DNA of 64,000 nucleotides, from positions 1,943-65,942 of the forward strand of contig CABXFE010000002.1 of assembly GCA_902511425.1 (NCBI GenBank), read 5' to 3'. The notes beneath the pieces were generated by a model. The model saw only the letters and a list, made by a program, of their open reading frames with translations. It ran no database searches and was not told where the DNA came from. Position numbers and translations under genes: made by a program. Origin of the DNA: an uncultured SAR86 cluster bacterium. GTDB taxonomy: Bacteria; Pseudomonadota; Gammaproteobacteria; Magnimaribacterales; D2472. Below are positions 49,986-59,531 of this stretch, piece after piece (within the stretch, counting starts at the first letter, position 1; the number at the start of each line of letters is the position of its first letter).

Positions 49986-50749
49986 CAGATTCAAATTTTA
50001 AAGAAGGTTGTGTTTTAATTGTTGGTGGAAGCGGGGGCATCGGATCATTGTGCGCTCAAGAATTTGCTAATTCGGATGCCAAGGTTGCCATTACATATTA
50101 TAAAAATGAGCAAGCTGCGATTGATATAGCAAATGAAATTGATGCTGATGTAAATATATATCAATTAGATAATAGCAATTCAAAATCCGTAGAAGATACT
50201 TTTAAGAATGTAATAAAAGACTATGGCTCTATTAATACTCTTGTTAATGCCGCAGGATTTGATATACCGCAAAAATTTATCAATGAAATAGATATTGACT
50301 TATGGAAAGGAGTTATTGATGCAGATATCAATGGTTTTTTTAATTTAATAAAATCTGGATTACCTTATTTGCGTAAGTCTAAAGGCTCTATAGTTTTCAT
50401 AAGTTCAGCAGGTCTATTCAAGTATCCTCCTGGTGATATTTTATCTGTTGCTCCTAAAGCAACAATAGAGCACGTTTTAAGGGGTATAGCAAAAGAAGAG
50501 GGAAAAAATGGCATAAGGGCTAATTCAATTGCTCTTGGTGTAATAGATACCGGAATTTTTCATAGATTAAGAGAGGAAAATAATACTTTCTTTGATGATG
50601 CCTGGCATGATGCTGTTATGAATACATTAGCTATCAAAAGGTTTGGATTTCCTAAAGAAGTTGCTGACACAGCTGTGTTCTTAGCTTCAAGCAAAGGGGG
50701 TTACATTACTGGACATTGTGTTCCAGTTGATGGCGGTTACCACCTTTAA
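49982..50749 (+). CDS. short-chain dehydrogenase/reductase family protein with an atypical active-site region
   Basis: Motifs VGGSGGIGS, NAAG and ISSAG. Where the canonical YxxxK should lie, the sequence reads SVAPK. ATGA overlap with aceF. Confidence 0.65.
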   Translation: MTDSNFKEGCVLIVGGSGGIGSLCAQEFANSDAKVAITYYKNEQAAIDIANEIDADVNIYQLDNSNSKSVEDTFKNVIKDYGSINTLVNAAGFDIPQKFINEIDIDLWKGVIDADINGFFNLIKSGLPYLRKSKGSIVFISSAGLFKYPPGDILSVAPKATIEHVLRGIAKEEGKNGIRANSIALGVIDTGIFHRLREENNTFFDDAWHDAVMNTLAIKRFGFPKEVADTAVFLASSKGGYITGHCVPVDGGYHL

Positions 50750-50752
50750 GAT

Positions 50753-51955
50753 TTATACAAAATAGTCTGTATTCTCTACTCCAAGCTGCATGGCTCCATA
50801 GTTTCTTGAAAAACTAACAGGATTATTTGCAACATGAGCTCTAGATGTGTGAACGTCTAAAAATATTTTTTGAATATCACTACCTGCAAATACTGCGCCA
50901 CCACCCGCATTTGAGAATAGAGTATCGACTACTTCTAGACACTTTTCTATAACTAGGGATGCGTCATATCTAAATTTTACTCTGTCAATCATAGAGATAC
51001 CACCTTGATTACCAGCCTGATCCACCATCACATCATAATTTCTAAACATAATGGTTTCTATGGCATCAAGTTTTGCCGATGCTTCAGCTACGATTGATTG
51101 AGTATGAGTATCACCAGCCAATTTTGCAGGATCACTAGAAGCTTTGTTATTGGCTCCATCTATAAATAGTTCTAACATTTTCTTTGTTGCGCCGATTGCT
51201 GGGGTAGAAACAGCTCTTACAAATAATTGACCCCAAGGTATTTTGTATAAATCGTTTTTGTTTACCTCGTATCCCGGATTAGTTAAGTTAAAGCCATCGG
51301 ACTGTTTATGAGTGCGATATTCTGGAACAAAAACATCATTAACATGGATATCTTGGCTACCAGTTGCCTTTAAACCCATTGAGTACCAGGTATCTTTGAT
51401 TTCGTAGTCACTTTTAGGAATCAGAAAAGTCCTATATTCAGGAGCGCCTCCCTCAGGGGGGAAGATTAAACCACCAAGCAACGCCCAATCACAATGCTCT
51501 GAACCGCTTGACCATTGCCAATGACCTGAAAATTTAAATCCACCTTCCACAGGAGTAACCTGCCCCATAGGAGCATAAGAAGATGAAACAAGAGTATTGT
51601 CATCTTCACCCCAAACCTCTTGTTGAGCTTTATCATCATAAAGAGCAAGTTGAAAAGGATGAATGCCAACAACACCTAAAACCCATGCAGAAGACATACA
51701 GCCCTGCGCAATTCTTAATTGTACTTCTGAAAAAGTGTGTGGATCTAATTCATGCCCACCGTATTGCTTAGGTTGTAGAATCTTAAAAAATCCAGCATCT
51801 TTCATGTCTTGAATAGTTTCTTTAGGAATTCTTCGATCAATGTTTGCAGATTCGGATCTTTTCTTAAGAACAGGAATAAGATCTTCAGCTTTTCTGATCA
51901 TTTCGTTATGTAGTTCAATATTTGTTCTTTCTTTGGTAATTGTTGCTAATGCCAT
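50753..51955 (-). CDS. acyl-CoA-dehydrogenase-fold flavin-dependent monooxygenase, HsaA-like
   Basis: SSSYAPMG, SGHWQWSSG, FLIPKSDYEIKDTWYSMGLKATGS, VFVPEYR and YKIPWG align by eye with M. tuberculosis HsaA as I recall it. Confidence 0.65.
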   Translation of the reverse strand: MALATITKERTNIELHNEMIRKAEDLIPVLKKRSESANIDRRIPKETIQDMKDAGFFKILQPKQYGGHELDPHTFSEVQLRIAQGCMSSAWVLGVVGIHPFQLALYDDKAQQEVWGEDDNTLVSSSYAPMGQVTPVEGGFKFSGHWQWSSGSEHCDWALLGGLIFPPEGGAPEYRTFLIPKSDYEIKDTWYSMGLKATGSQDIHVNDVFVPEYRTHKQSDGFNLTNPGYEVNKNDLYKIPWGQLFVRAVSTPAIGATKKMLELFIDGANNKASSDPAKLAGDTHTQSIVAEASAKLDAIETIMFRNYDVMVDQAGNQGGISMIDRVKFRYDASLVIEKCLEVVDTLFSNAGGGAVFAGSDIQKIFLDVHTSRAHVANNPVSFSRNYGAMQLGVENTDYFV

Positions 51956-52139
51956 TTTTCACCTCTTTATGGTATTGATAGTAATGATTCCATTAATACT
52001 TTGTTGATTCAACATAATAATTCATATTTTTTAATATTATTTTTACGATTAATATTAAAATTATCTATTTTTATGAGCATACTCATGTTCAATATTGCGT
52101 ATTCAGAAATTTTTTACTTTATACATCTATAATTGTTCG

Positions 52140-53636
52140 ATGTCATATATAAGTGTTCACTGTAGCGCAGGAAAATTTACTGGTGTAAATGATAATGATA
52201 TAAATTTTTTTTATGGCATTCCTTTCGCAAAACCCTTAACCAAAAAAACTCAGTGGCAGGCACCTGAAAAAATTGATTCTCAAATATCTTATGATGCAAC
52301 CAAAAGAGGGCTTAGTGCACCCCAAACAATTTATCAAGATTCTTTTTTAACTGACCCAAACATGCCAGATGAATCAGTGGACTGTTTATCTCTTAACGTA
52401 GCCTCACAAAATATAAATGGCAAAATGCCAGTGATGATTTGGATTCATGGAGGAGCATATGTTACCGGCTCATCTAATTCCATCATCTATGATCTTGATT
52501 CTCTTCCTCGTCATGAAATTGTATTAGTTACAATTAACTATCGCTTAGGACCATTTGGATTCTTAAAGCTTGATGAAGTCTCAAATGGTGAAATTAAATC
52601 TACAGGTAATGAAGGTTTAATGGATCAAAAGTTAGCAATAGAATGGGTAAAAGAAAACATTGCTGAGTTTGGGGGAGATCCTGAAAACATTACTATTTTT
52701 GGAGAATCAGCTGGAGCTTGGAGTGTTGCATTGCAATCTTCAATAAGTCCAGAAGGTGATTTATTTTCTAAAGCTATCTGTCAAAGCGGAGGAATGAATG
52801 CATATTTTGATAAAGAGAGAGGAAATCAGTGGGGTGAGTTATTCCTGAAAACCGCACATGATAATGGAATCAAAATTAATGATTTGCTATTCCTTGATCA
52901 CAAGCAGATTACCTCACTTGCATCAGATATAAAACATACGATGATTGCAAGTGGGAAGTGGCTTTCACCAGAAATAGGATTTGCACCAATTGCAGATGGC
53001 AATTTCTTACCCTTAAATCCCATAAAAAATTTCCAAGATTCACCAATCAAATTAATAGTTGGAACAACTGCAGATGAATACAGACTCTGGTCAGAATTTG
53101 AACTATATTATTTAAATTTAAACAAAGATAATTTTTATAAAAGACTAAATAAATTATTCATAACAGAGGCCGTTGATAGAATTGCTGAAAATTATATACC
53201 CAAAGGAAAATCAGATGATCGATATAAGCATGCGCTATCAAATATTATGACTGATTGGACATTTGGAATTCACGCATTGGAACTATTAGAGCAACATCAA
53301 GATAATGCTTATGGATATTTTTTTAATGAGCCTAGCCCAGTCCTAGGAGGTAAATTGGGTGCATATCATGCAAGCGAGCTTCCATATGTCTTCGGGTCAG
53401 CATCTAAAAAAATTATTCAAGATTTTTGCTCAAAAGAAGCTCAAAAAATTTCAAATTTTTTTCAAGTTTCCTGGACTCAGTTTGCAAAAACCGGTTCTCC
53501 ATCTTCAGACTTGATGAACTGGGATACCTATAGTATTAATGAATCTATTGCGTTTATAAATTCAACTCCTAAAATAAAATCTATGCCCAACAAAGAAAGG
53601 ATGAAATTGCTGCATGAATCAAAAAATAATTTATAA
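52140..53636 (+). CDS. type-B carboxylesterase/lipase family protein (no signal peptide)
   Basis: Motifs FYGIPFAKP, EDCLSLNV-like DESVDCLSLNV, VMIWIHGGAY and the nucleophile elbow IFGESAGA. ATG 52140 is preferred over the track's TTG 52095. Confidence 0.85.
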   Translation: MSYISVHCSAGKFTGVNDNDINFFYGIPFAKPLTKKTQWQAPEKIDSQISYDATKRGLSAPQTIYQDSFLTDPNMPDESVDCLSLNVASQNINGKMPVMIWIHGGAYVTGSSNSIIYDLDSLPRHEIVLVTINYRLGPFGFLKLDEVSNGEIKSTGNEGLMDQKLAIEWVKENIAEFGGDPENITIFGESAGAWSVALQSSISPEGDLFSKAICQSGGMNAYFDKERGNQWGELFLKTAHDNGIKINDLLFLDHKQITSLASDIKHTMIASGKWLSPEIGFAPIADGNFLPLNPIKNFQDSPIKLIVGTTADEYRLWSEFELYYLNLNKDNFYKRLNKLFITEAVDRIAENYIPKGKSDDRYKHALSNIMTDWTFGIHALELLEQHQDNAYGYFFNEPSPVLGGKLGAYHASELPYVFGSASKKIIQDFCSKEAQKISNFFQVSWTQFAKTGSPSSDLMNWDTYSINESIAFINSTPKIKSMPNKERMKLLHESKNNL

Positions 53637-55458
53637 AAATTTTTTAATAACTTTATCATTTCTATTTGCCTTAGGATCCTGCATGAATCCTATTCAACAA
53701 GGAAACGTGTTAACAATTAATACTTCATCTGGAGTATCTCAGGGAACATTAAATAAAAATGTTGTTACATGGGAGGACATTCCTTACGCCATTCCTCCTG
53801 AAGGAGATCTTCGCTGGAAGGCTCCTAGGGCCTTAATATCTCCTGAATCAAATATTCAGCCTCAAGATGGCAATGGATGCCTGCAAGAAGCTAGTATTTA
53901 TGCAGGAATACAGGGTGAAGGAATTGTCGGACAAGAGGATTGCTTGTACTTAGATATAAGAGCTCCTGTAAATAATTTAAATAAAAGGCTTCCTGTAATG
54001 TTTTGGATACACGGTGGTGGCAATACATCTGGAGTAAAAGACTACTATGATTTTTCAGAGCTCATTCGCGAACATGAGGTTCTCGTTGTAACAATTAATT
54101 ATCGTTTAGGCCCAATGGGTTGGTTTACCCATCCTGCTATACAGGAACTACAAAATGGAATTGATAAAACCTCTAATTTTGGAACCCTCGATATTATGGA
54201 GGCGCTAAAATGGGTGCGAGCTAACATACAAAATTTTGGTGGAGATCCAAATAACATCACGATTTTTGGAGAGTCAGCCGGAGGAAATAATGTACTGTCT
54301 TTGCTTGCTTCTCCTATGGGAAATGGGCTCTTTCACAAGGCAATCTCTCAATCAGGCTATACAACTAGTTTTACAAAGGAAGAGGCAATTGGCATAAATC
54401 AAAAAGGCGCAATAGTAAATCGATTAGGTTCTGATCCAGTGCTTTCCAGTTACGACTTATCTGGATATGGAAGTATAAAAAATCTTTTTAACAATGATCC
54501 CAAGAAATATGCAGAAGAATATCAGCGTTATTTGAGATCCATTGATGGAAAAGCTCTTTTGGAGATCTATGAAAAACTTTCAAAAGATACTTATGATCGA
54601 TTGCCGCTCCTAACTAGAGATGGAATAGTAGCTCATATTGATGGAGTGAGTGCTGGGTTAGCTGCTTCTGCAGAAAAAAATAATATTCCAGTTATAGCAG
54701 GATCAAATAAAGACGAGCTCTCCCTTTGGCTGGGTTCAAATAGATATTTTGTGAATGCTTCATACCCCTTAACAAAACTTGTGCCCATTCCAAAAATTAC
54801 ATTTAAGAAAGAAGATTTATATAAACTTTGGGTGAAAACTCGTTCGCAAGGATGGAAGCTAAGGGGCGTTGATGAGCCATTAATGGAGTTAGAAAAAGCC
54901 GGTTATGATTCTTTATATGCATATAGATTTGATTGGGATGATCAATCTTCTTCATACTTTGCAGATTTTCCTAATTTAATTGGGGCGGCTCATGGGTTTG
55001 AGATTTCTTTTATCACTGGTGACTTTAAATTTGGCCCCATTGGACGATTTGTTTATCCTGAAGGTGAATTAAGAGATCAAATGCAAGAAACCATGATGCA
55101 AGCTTGGACATCATTTGCAAAAACTGGCATCCCGAATACTGGTAAAAGTCAGGAGTGGAAAAAATTTAATTCGAAGGATAGAAACTTCATGAAACTAGAT
55201 TCTGAGAAAAATTTATCTCTAGACAAAGAAATGCTGTCTCTCGAATTTATAACTGAAAATGTTCGACTTTCACCAGTGGGAACATTATTAGAAAAATGCT
55301 TGTTAGTTCAAGAGACATTTTTTAATATTGGGGATTATCTTGAGGATGAATTTTACAGATGGAATCAGGGTGCATGCAAACAATTTGATATGGATTTTGA
55401 ACGTAAAAAAATTGAAACTGATTTAATTGAAGAATACGGTTCAGCAACTGTTTACTGA
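53614..55458 (+). CDS. type-B carboxylesterase/lipase family lipoprotein
   Basis: Lipobox-like FALGSC. Motifs WEDIPYAIPP, EDCLYLDI, VMFWIHGGGN and IFGESAGG. The start overlaps the upstream esterase gene by 23 nt. Confidence 0.85.
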   Translation: MNQKIIYKNFLITLSFLFALGSCMNPIQQGNVLTINTSSGVSQGTLNKNVVTWEDIPYAIPPEGDLRWKAPRALISPESNIQPQDGNGCLQEASIYAGIQGEGIVGQEDCLYLDIRAPVNNLNKRLPVMFWIHGGGNTSGVKDYYDFSELIREHEVLVVTINYRLGPMGWFTHPAIQELQNGIDKTSNFGTLDIMEALKWVRANIQNFGGDPNNITIFGESAGGNNVLSLLASPMGNGLFHKAISQSGYTTSFTKEEAIGINQKGAIVNRLGSDPVLSSYDLSGYGSIKNLFNNDPKKYAEEYQRYLRSIDGKALLEIYEKLSKDTYDRLPLLTRDGIVAHIDGVSAGLAASAEKNNIPVIAGSNKDELSLWLGSNRYFVNASYPLTKLVPIPKITFKKEDLYKLWVKTRSQGWKLRGVDEPLMELEKAGYDSLYAYRFDWDDQSSSYFADFPNLIGAAHGFEISFITGDFKFGPIGRFVYPEGELRDQMQETMMQAWTSFAKTGIPNTGKSQEWKKFNSKDRNFMKLDSEKNLSLDKEMLSLEFITENVRLSPVGTLLEKCLLVQETFFNIGDYLEDEFYRWNQGACKQFDMDFERKKIETDLIEEYGSATVY

Positions 55459-57620
55459 TGGTTTCAATTCAAATGAAGTTCCTTTTTTTTTCATTAATCG
55501 CAATAAACCTTTTGTTTGGCTGTGGATCTGATGTCGACCCCGGAACAGTTGAGGGCCCCCCTCGCTCCTCAGAGGCAATTTATAAACAAGATCTAAAATT
55601 TTTTCAGACTAAAAAAAGCTTAATGGTAGACGACTCGGATGAAACATCTCAAATTCTTTTTGGAGATTTGCATGTCCATACAACCTATTCTATTGATGCT
55701 TTCACACTAGAGCTACCTATGATGGGTCTTCAGGGTGCCCATGATAGTTCTATGGCTTGTGATTTTGCCAGGTATTGCGCAAATTTAGATTTTTTTAGCT
55801 TTAATGATCATGCTGAAGGTTTAACCCCGGATCACTGGCGTGAGCAACAAAAGATTATTCAACAATGTAATATCTCAAACAGCGACCCAGCAACCAATGA
55901 TTTGGTGGTATTCCCGGGTTGGGAGTGGACCCAAATTGGCACTACGAAAGAAAATCACTGGGGCCACAGAAATGTAATTTTTAAAGACATTCAAAACCTT
56001 CCTGCTAGGCCGATTGGCGCAAGAACTCCAGATTCAGGATTGGGGGTCTTTGACACTACTGAGCAAGCTGTAGGTGCGAGATGGCTAGATGTATTGAATT
56101 TTAAGCGTTACTCAGATTTAAAATGGCTCCTCAATGAGGTAAGAAACATACCATATTGTGAGGAGGGTGTTGCTTCTCCAGATCTTCCGAATGATTGTTA
56201 TGAATATGCACAAACCCCTAGAGATTTGTTTTCTAAGTTAGATGAATGGAATCTAGACAGCATTGTAATTCCTCATGGTCAATCATGGGGTTTTCATGTC
56301 CCATTGGGAACTTCTTGGGATAACCGCCTTAATTTTGAGGGCCATGACCCAAGCAAACAAATCCTTCTAGAAATTATGTCCGGTCACGGTAACAGTGAAG
56401 AATATAGGGACATTGTATCTGCAAATTTTCTTCAAGATAATACAATGAGTTGCCCTGAACCAACTGATGATTTTCTGCCATGTTGTTGGCAAGCTGGCGA
56501 AATGCAAAAAAAACGTTGCGATGGGGTCACAAAAGACGAGTGTGATGCAAGAGTTGAGCTTGCAAAAAAATATACCTTAGCAGGTGGACCATATACTAAT
56601 ATGGTTTTTCCTGAAGCTCAGCCTGAAGAATGGTTAAATTGTGATCAATGTTCAGATTGCTTTAAACCAGCATTTAACTATAGACCAAAACAATCTGCTC
56701 AATATGCTTTAGCTATTTCAAATTTTGAGGATTCTCTTGACGTCCCACAAAGATATAATTTTGGATTTATAGCCTCTACAGATGATCATACTGCTAGGCC
56801 AGGAACAGGGTATAAACAATATGAAAGAAGGAAGATGACTTTTGCAACTGGTGTTAAATCAAAGGTCTGGGAATACCAGTACAAGGCTGAAGATCCAAAT
56901 TTCCCTGAAATACCTAAAATCAATCCAGGCGAAAGTCAGCCTGACAGTGAGAGAGTATCTAGTTTTGTATATCCAGGTGGAATATTGGCTGTGCATGCAA
57001 AGGGTAGAGGCAAGGATGAAATTTGGACTGCCTTAAAAAATAAAAATGTCTACGGTACAAGTGGGCCAAGAATATTATTATGGTTTGATTTGATAAATTC
57101 TCCAGATGGAAAAGCCCCAATGGGCTCGGAAATCACAATGAGTCAAAATCCACAATTTATCGTAAAGGCCGCTGGAAGTTTTAAACAAAATAAAGGTTGT
57201 TCAGATGAATCTGTAGACTCACTTTCTTCAGAAAGGCTGGAATATTTATGTGCAGGAGAATGTTATAACCCAAGCAATGAAAGAGAGGTCATTGAGAAAA
57301 TTGAAATTATTAAGATCACTCCACAAATTTATGCTGGCGAGGCGGTCAATCCTCTCATTCAAGATCCATGGAAAACCATTCCATGTCAAGGAACAGGAGA
57401 GTGTATTGTTAATTTTGAAGATGAAAATTTTGCAAGGGACAGTGTTTATTATGTTAGAGCAATACAGAGCCCCACATCAGCAATAAATGGGTCACCTCTT
57501 ATTCAAAGAGATAGTTTTAAGCTTTGTAAGGGAAGTTTTAAAACTGATTTCAAAGATGACTGTCTAAGCACGACCAATGAAAGAGCTTGGTCCTCTCCAA
57601 TCTATGTAAATAAACCTTAA
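55458..57620 (+). CDS. DUF3604-family protein (predicted PHP-like metal-dependent hydrolase), lipoprotein
   Basis: Lipobox-like LLFGCGSD. FGDLHVHTTYSIDAF is the characteristic His-rich N-terminal motif I associate with DUF3604. Cys-rich middle region. TGATG overlap with the upstream esterase gene. Confidence 0.65.
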   Translation: MVSIQMKFLFFSLIAINLLFGCGSDVDPGTVEGPPRSSEAIYKQDLKFFQTKKSLMVDDSDETSQILFGDLHVHTTYSIDAFTLELPMMGLQGAHDSSMACDFARYCANLDFFSFNDHAEGLTPDHWREQQKIIQQCNISNSDPATNDLVVFPGWEWTQIGTTKENHWGHRNVIFKDIQNLPARPIGARTPDSGLGVFDTTEQAVGARWLDVLNFKRYSDLKWLLNEVRNIPYCEEGVASPDLPNDCYEYAQTPRDLFSKLDEWNLDSIVIPHGQSWGFHVPLGTSWDNRLNFEGHDPSKQILLEIMSGHGNSEEYRDIVSANFLQDNTMSCPEPTDDFLPCCWQAGEMQKKRCDGVTKDECDARVELAKKYTLAGGPYTNMVFPEAQPEEWLNCDQCSDCFKPAFNYRPKQSAQYALAISNFEDSLDVPQRYNFGFIASTDDHTARPGTGYKQYERRKMTFATGVKSKVWEYQYKAEDPNFPEIPKINPGESQPDSERVSSFVYPGGILAVHAKGRGKDEIWTALKNKNVYGTSGPRILLWFDLINSPDGKAPMGSEITMSQNPQFIVKAAGSFKQNKGCSDESVDSLSSERLEYLCAGECYNPSNEREVIEKIEIIKITPQIYAGEAVNPLIQDPWKTIPCQGTGECIVNFEDENFARDSVYYVRAIQSPTSAINGSPLIQRDSFKLCKGSFKTDFKDDCLSTTNERAWSSPIYVNKP

Positions 57621-58036
57621 ATAGTTTGATGCTTTATTTGATTAGCAGTTGAGCGCTTTATCTGAATCAATTCAGCAATTTGGAAATATAAGTTTTCCTC
57701 ATAAGCATCAACCACAGAATCAGCGGTAACAAGTTCCCAAAGCACTTTTAATAACTCAATTTTTTCTTCTTTTGAATGCGTATCATTAATTTTTTTTATT
57801 GAAGGATAAAAAGAAACAGATTCCTCAGTTTCATCGATAATTTTTTTCACAATGCTGCTTGCTTTTAAATCCTCAGAGGCAAGTTTGTCTGCTCTTTTTT
57901 TTATCAGCCTTAATTCTGAGCTATCAAGCTTTCCATCGCTTATAGCTATCTCAAACATCAATCGTAATGCTACATCTGCTTCATGAGTATTAATTACATC
58001 AAGTGACTGTTTTTTTTTAAAAAGGTTTTTAAGCAT
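57617..58036 (-). CDS. TerB-family (tellurite-resistance-like) small protein
   Basis: 139 aa helical protein. MFEIAISDGKLDSSELRLIKK and LWELVTADSVVDAYEENLYFQIAELI fit the two-repeat TerB pattern. The stop overlaps the convergent DUF3604 stop by 4 nt. Confidence 0.5.
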   Translation of the reverse strand: MLKNLFKKKQSLDVINTHEADVALRLMFEIAISDGKLDSSELRLIKKRADKLASEDLKASSIVKKIIDETEESVSFYPSIKKINDTHSKEEKIELLKVLWELVTADSVVDAYEENLYFQIAELIQIKRSTANQIKHQTI

Positions 58037-58062
58037 ATTATTTATTTAAGTGTGTATTTTGA

Positions 58063-59493
58063 TCAAACATGATCTTTAATATGATTGGATAATCTACCTG
58101 AACTGTAATAAAAAAGTAATGCAAAGATGATAAATAACATAAAAGAAAATTCTGGTGAAAGATAAGTTTTTTCAATTATTATTCCAACCCCAGCAACCAA
58201 GGACCCTAAAGCAAGCAAGCCTATCAATGTTTTAGATGAGCTACCAGTTATATTTTGAAGCTTGTGATGAATATGATCTCTGCCTGGACTAAAGGGAAGA
58301 ATCCCCTTAATAGCTCTTCCAGCCATCACTCCTAAACAATCTAACAATGGTATAGCAACAATCCACAAGCATGTCACAGGATGAATTAAATTTTCAGAGC
58401 TTTGTGAATAGTTAATACATGTCCATGCAACCAAAAAACCTAAAAAAGTAGATCCATTGTCCCCCAAAAACACTCTTCTTTTTATTCCTAGGAAACCAAG
58501 ATTATAAAAAAGGAATCCTATTATGCTTCCCATTGCTATTACTAAAGAATAATTAGCAACATCAAAACCTGATCCAGCTTGAAGAGCGCCAAGGGCAATA
58601 AGAGCGAATCCAGCGCACAATCCATTAATTCCATCAATCATGTTAAAAGCATTAACAATTCCAACAACTGCAAATATTGTAAAAGGTATTCCCCATACCC
58701 CAAGCTGCATATCAATTCCCAATAAAGATACTTTTAAATTTAAAATGTAAATATCACTGATTAGAATTAAAGCTAGTGTTGCGACAGACTGAATTAATAA
58801 TCTTTTTGTTGCTTTGATTCCAAAAGCATCATCTAAAAGTATGAATACCTGAAGAGCTAAAGCTATTAATATAAATGCGGCAGTAAAGGATGAAAAAGAA
58901 AAAAATTGATTTGTTTCACTTTCAATTATTATTGGTTGGCTTATTTGCTCACCAGATGGATCAATCTCAATTATTTTAGAATTAATAGCTTGAAATGTTT
59001 TGATTTGGCCATTTGGCAGAGTCACATTAAAAGTATTTTTATTTACCTGAGTAATATTCAAAGACTGATTGTTATCAGATCCAAAATCTACATCATACGA
59101 TTGAGAATCATTGCCAGAATTTTGTTGATGAGTGATGTTTAATCTATAGTTTTCAGCATTACCGTTGCCTTCATTTTTAATGCTTAGTTTTTTTGAGTAA
59201 TTTACCTCTCTGGGAGCTTCTATCTGCGTTTGTTTAATGAGAGAGAATCCATCAAATTGAAAATCATATTTATAGTCAATCAAAAAAAGCATGAACATCG
59301 AAGATAAGAGCATAGATGCATGAATGCTAAGTCCACCAATTAATGGTGTTGGTCTAAAATGAAATTTTCGACTTTTATCAGGTATATCAATTAATATATT
59401 GTTTGCCCGAGCTATATTTCTGAAGTAACCAGTCAATACAACTGAAGCAAAAAAACTTAAAAAAAGAAGGGTGACTGCTATACTGAACAACAT
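58063..59493 (-). CDS. WecA/MraY-family polyprenyl-phosphate N-acetylhexosamine-1-phosphate transferase with a large loop insertion
   Basis: Motifs HFRPTPLIGG, FILLDDAFG, VNAFNMIDGINGL, VFLGDNGSTFLGF and PFSPGRDHIHH. 476 aa versus about 367 for E. coli WecA as recalled. Confidence 0.8.
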   Translation of the reverse strand: MLFSIAVTLLFLSFFASVVLTGYFRNIARANNILIDIPDKSRKFHFRPTPLIGGLSIHASMLLSSMFMLFLIDYKYDFQFDGFSLIKQTQIEAPREVNYSKKLSIKNEGNGNAENYRLNITHQQNSGNDSQSYDVDFGSDNNQSLNITQVNKNTFNVTLPNGQIKTFQAINSKIIEIDPSGEQISQPIIIESETNQFFSFSSFTAAFILIALALQVFILLDDAFGIKATKRLLIQSVATLALILISDIYILNLKVSLLGIDMQLGVWGIPFTIFAVVGIVNAFNMIDGINGLCAGFALIALGALQAGSGFDVANYSLVIAMGSIIGFLFYNLGFLGIKRRVFLGDNGSTFLGFLVAWTCINYSQSSENLIHPVTCLWIVAIPLLDCLGVMAGRAIKGILPFSPGRDHIHHKLQNITGSSSKTLIGLLALGSLVAGVGIIIEKTYLSPEFSFMLFIIFALLFYYSSGRLSNHIKDHV

Positions 59494-59531
59494 AGATTTA
59501 TTTTAACTGACTTTTATTTTTACAGGTAACT

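Noticed and set aside
51956-52139. Short AT-rich imperfect palindromes in the divergent region between the monooxygenase and esterase genes, for example ATGAGCATACTCAT near 52073 and GATTAATATTAAAATTATC.
   Set aside because: The arms are only about 5 bp, or the pattern is indistinguishable from chance in sequence of roughly 80 percent AT. This is not enough to call an operator.
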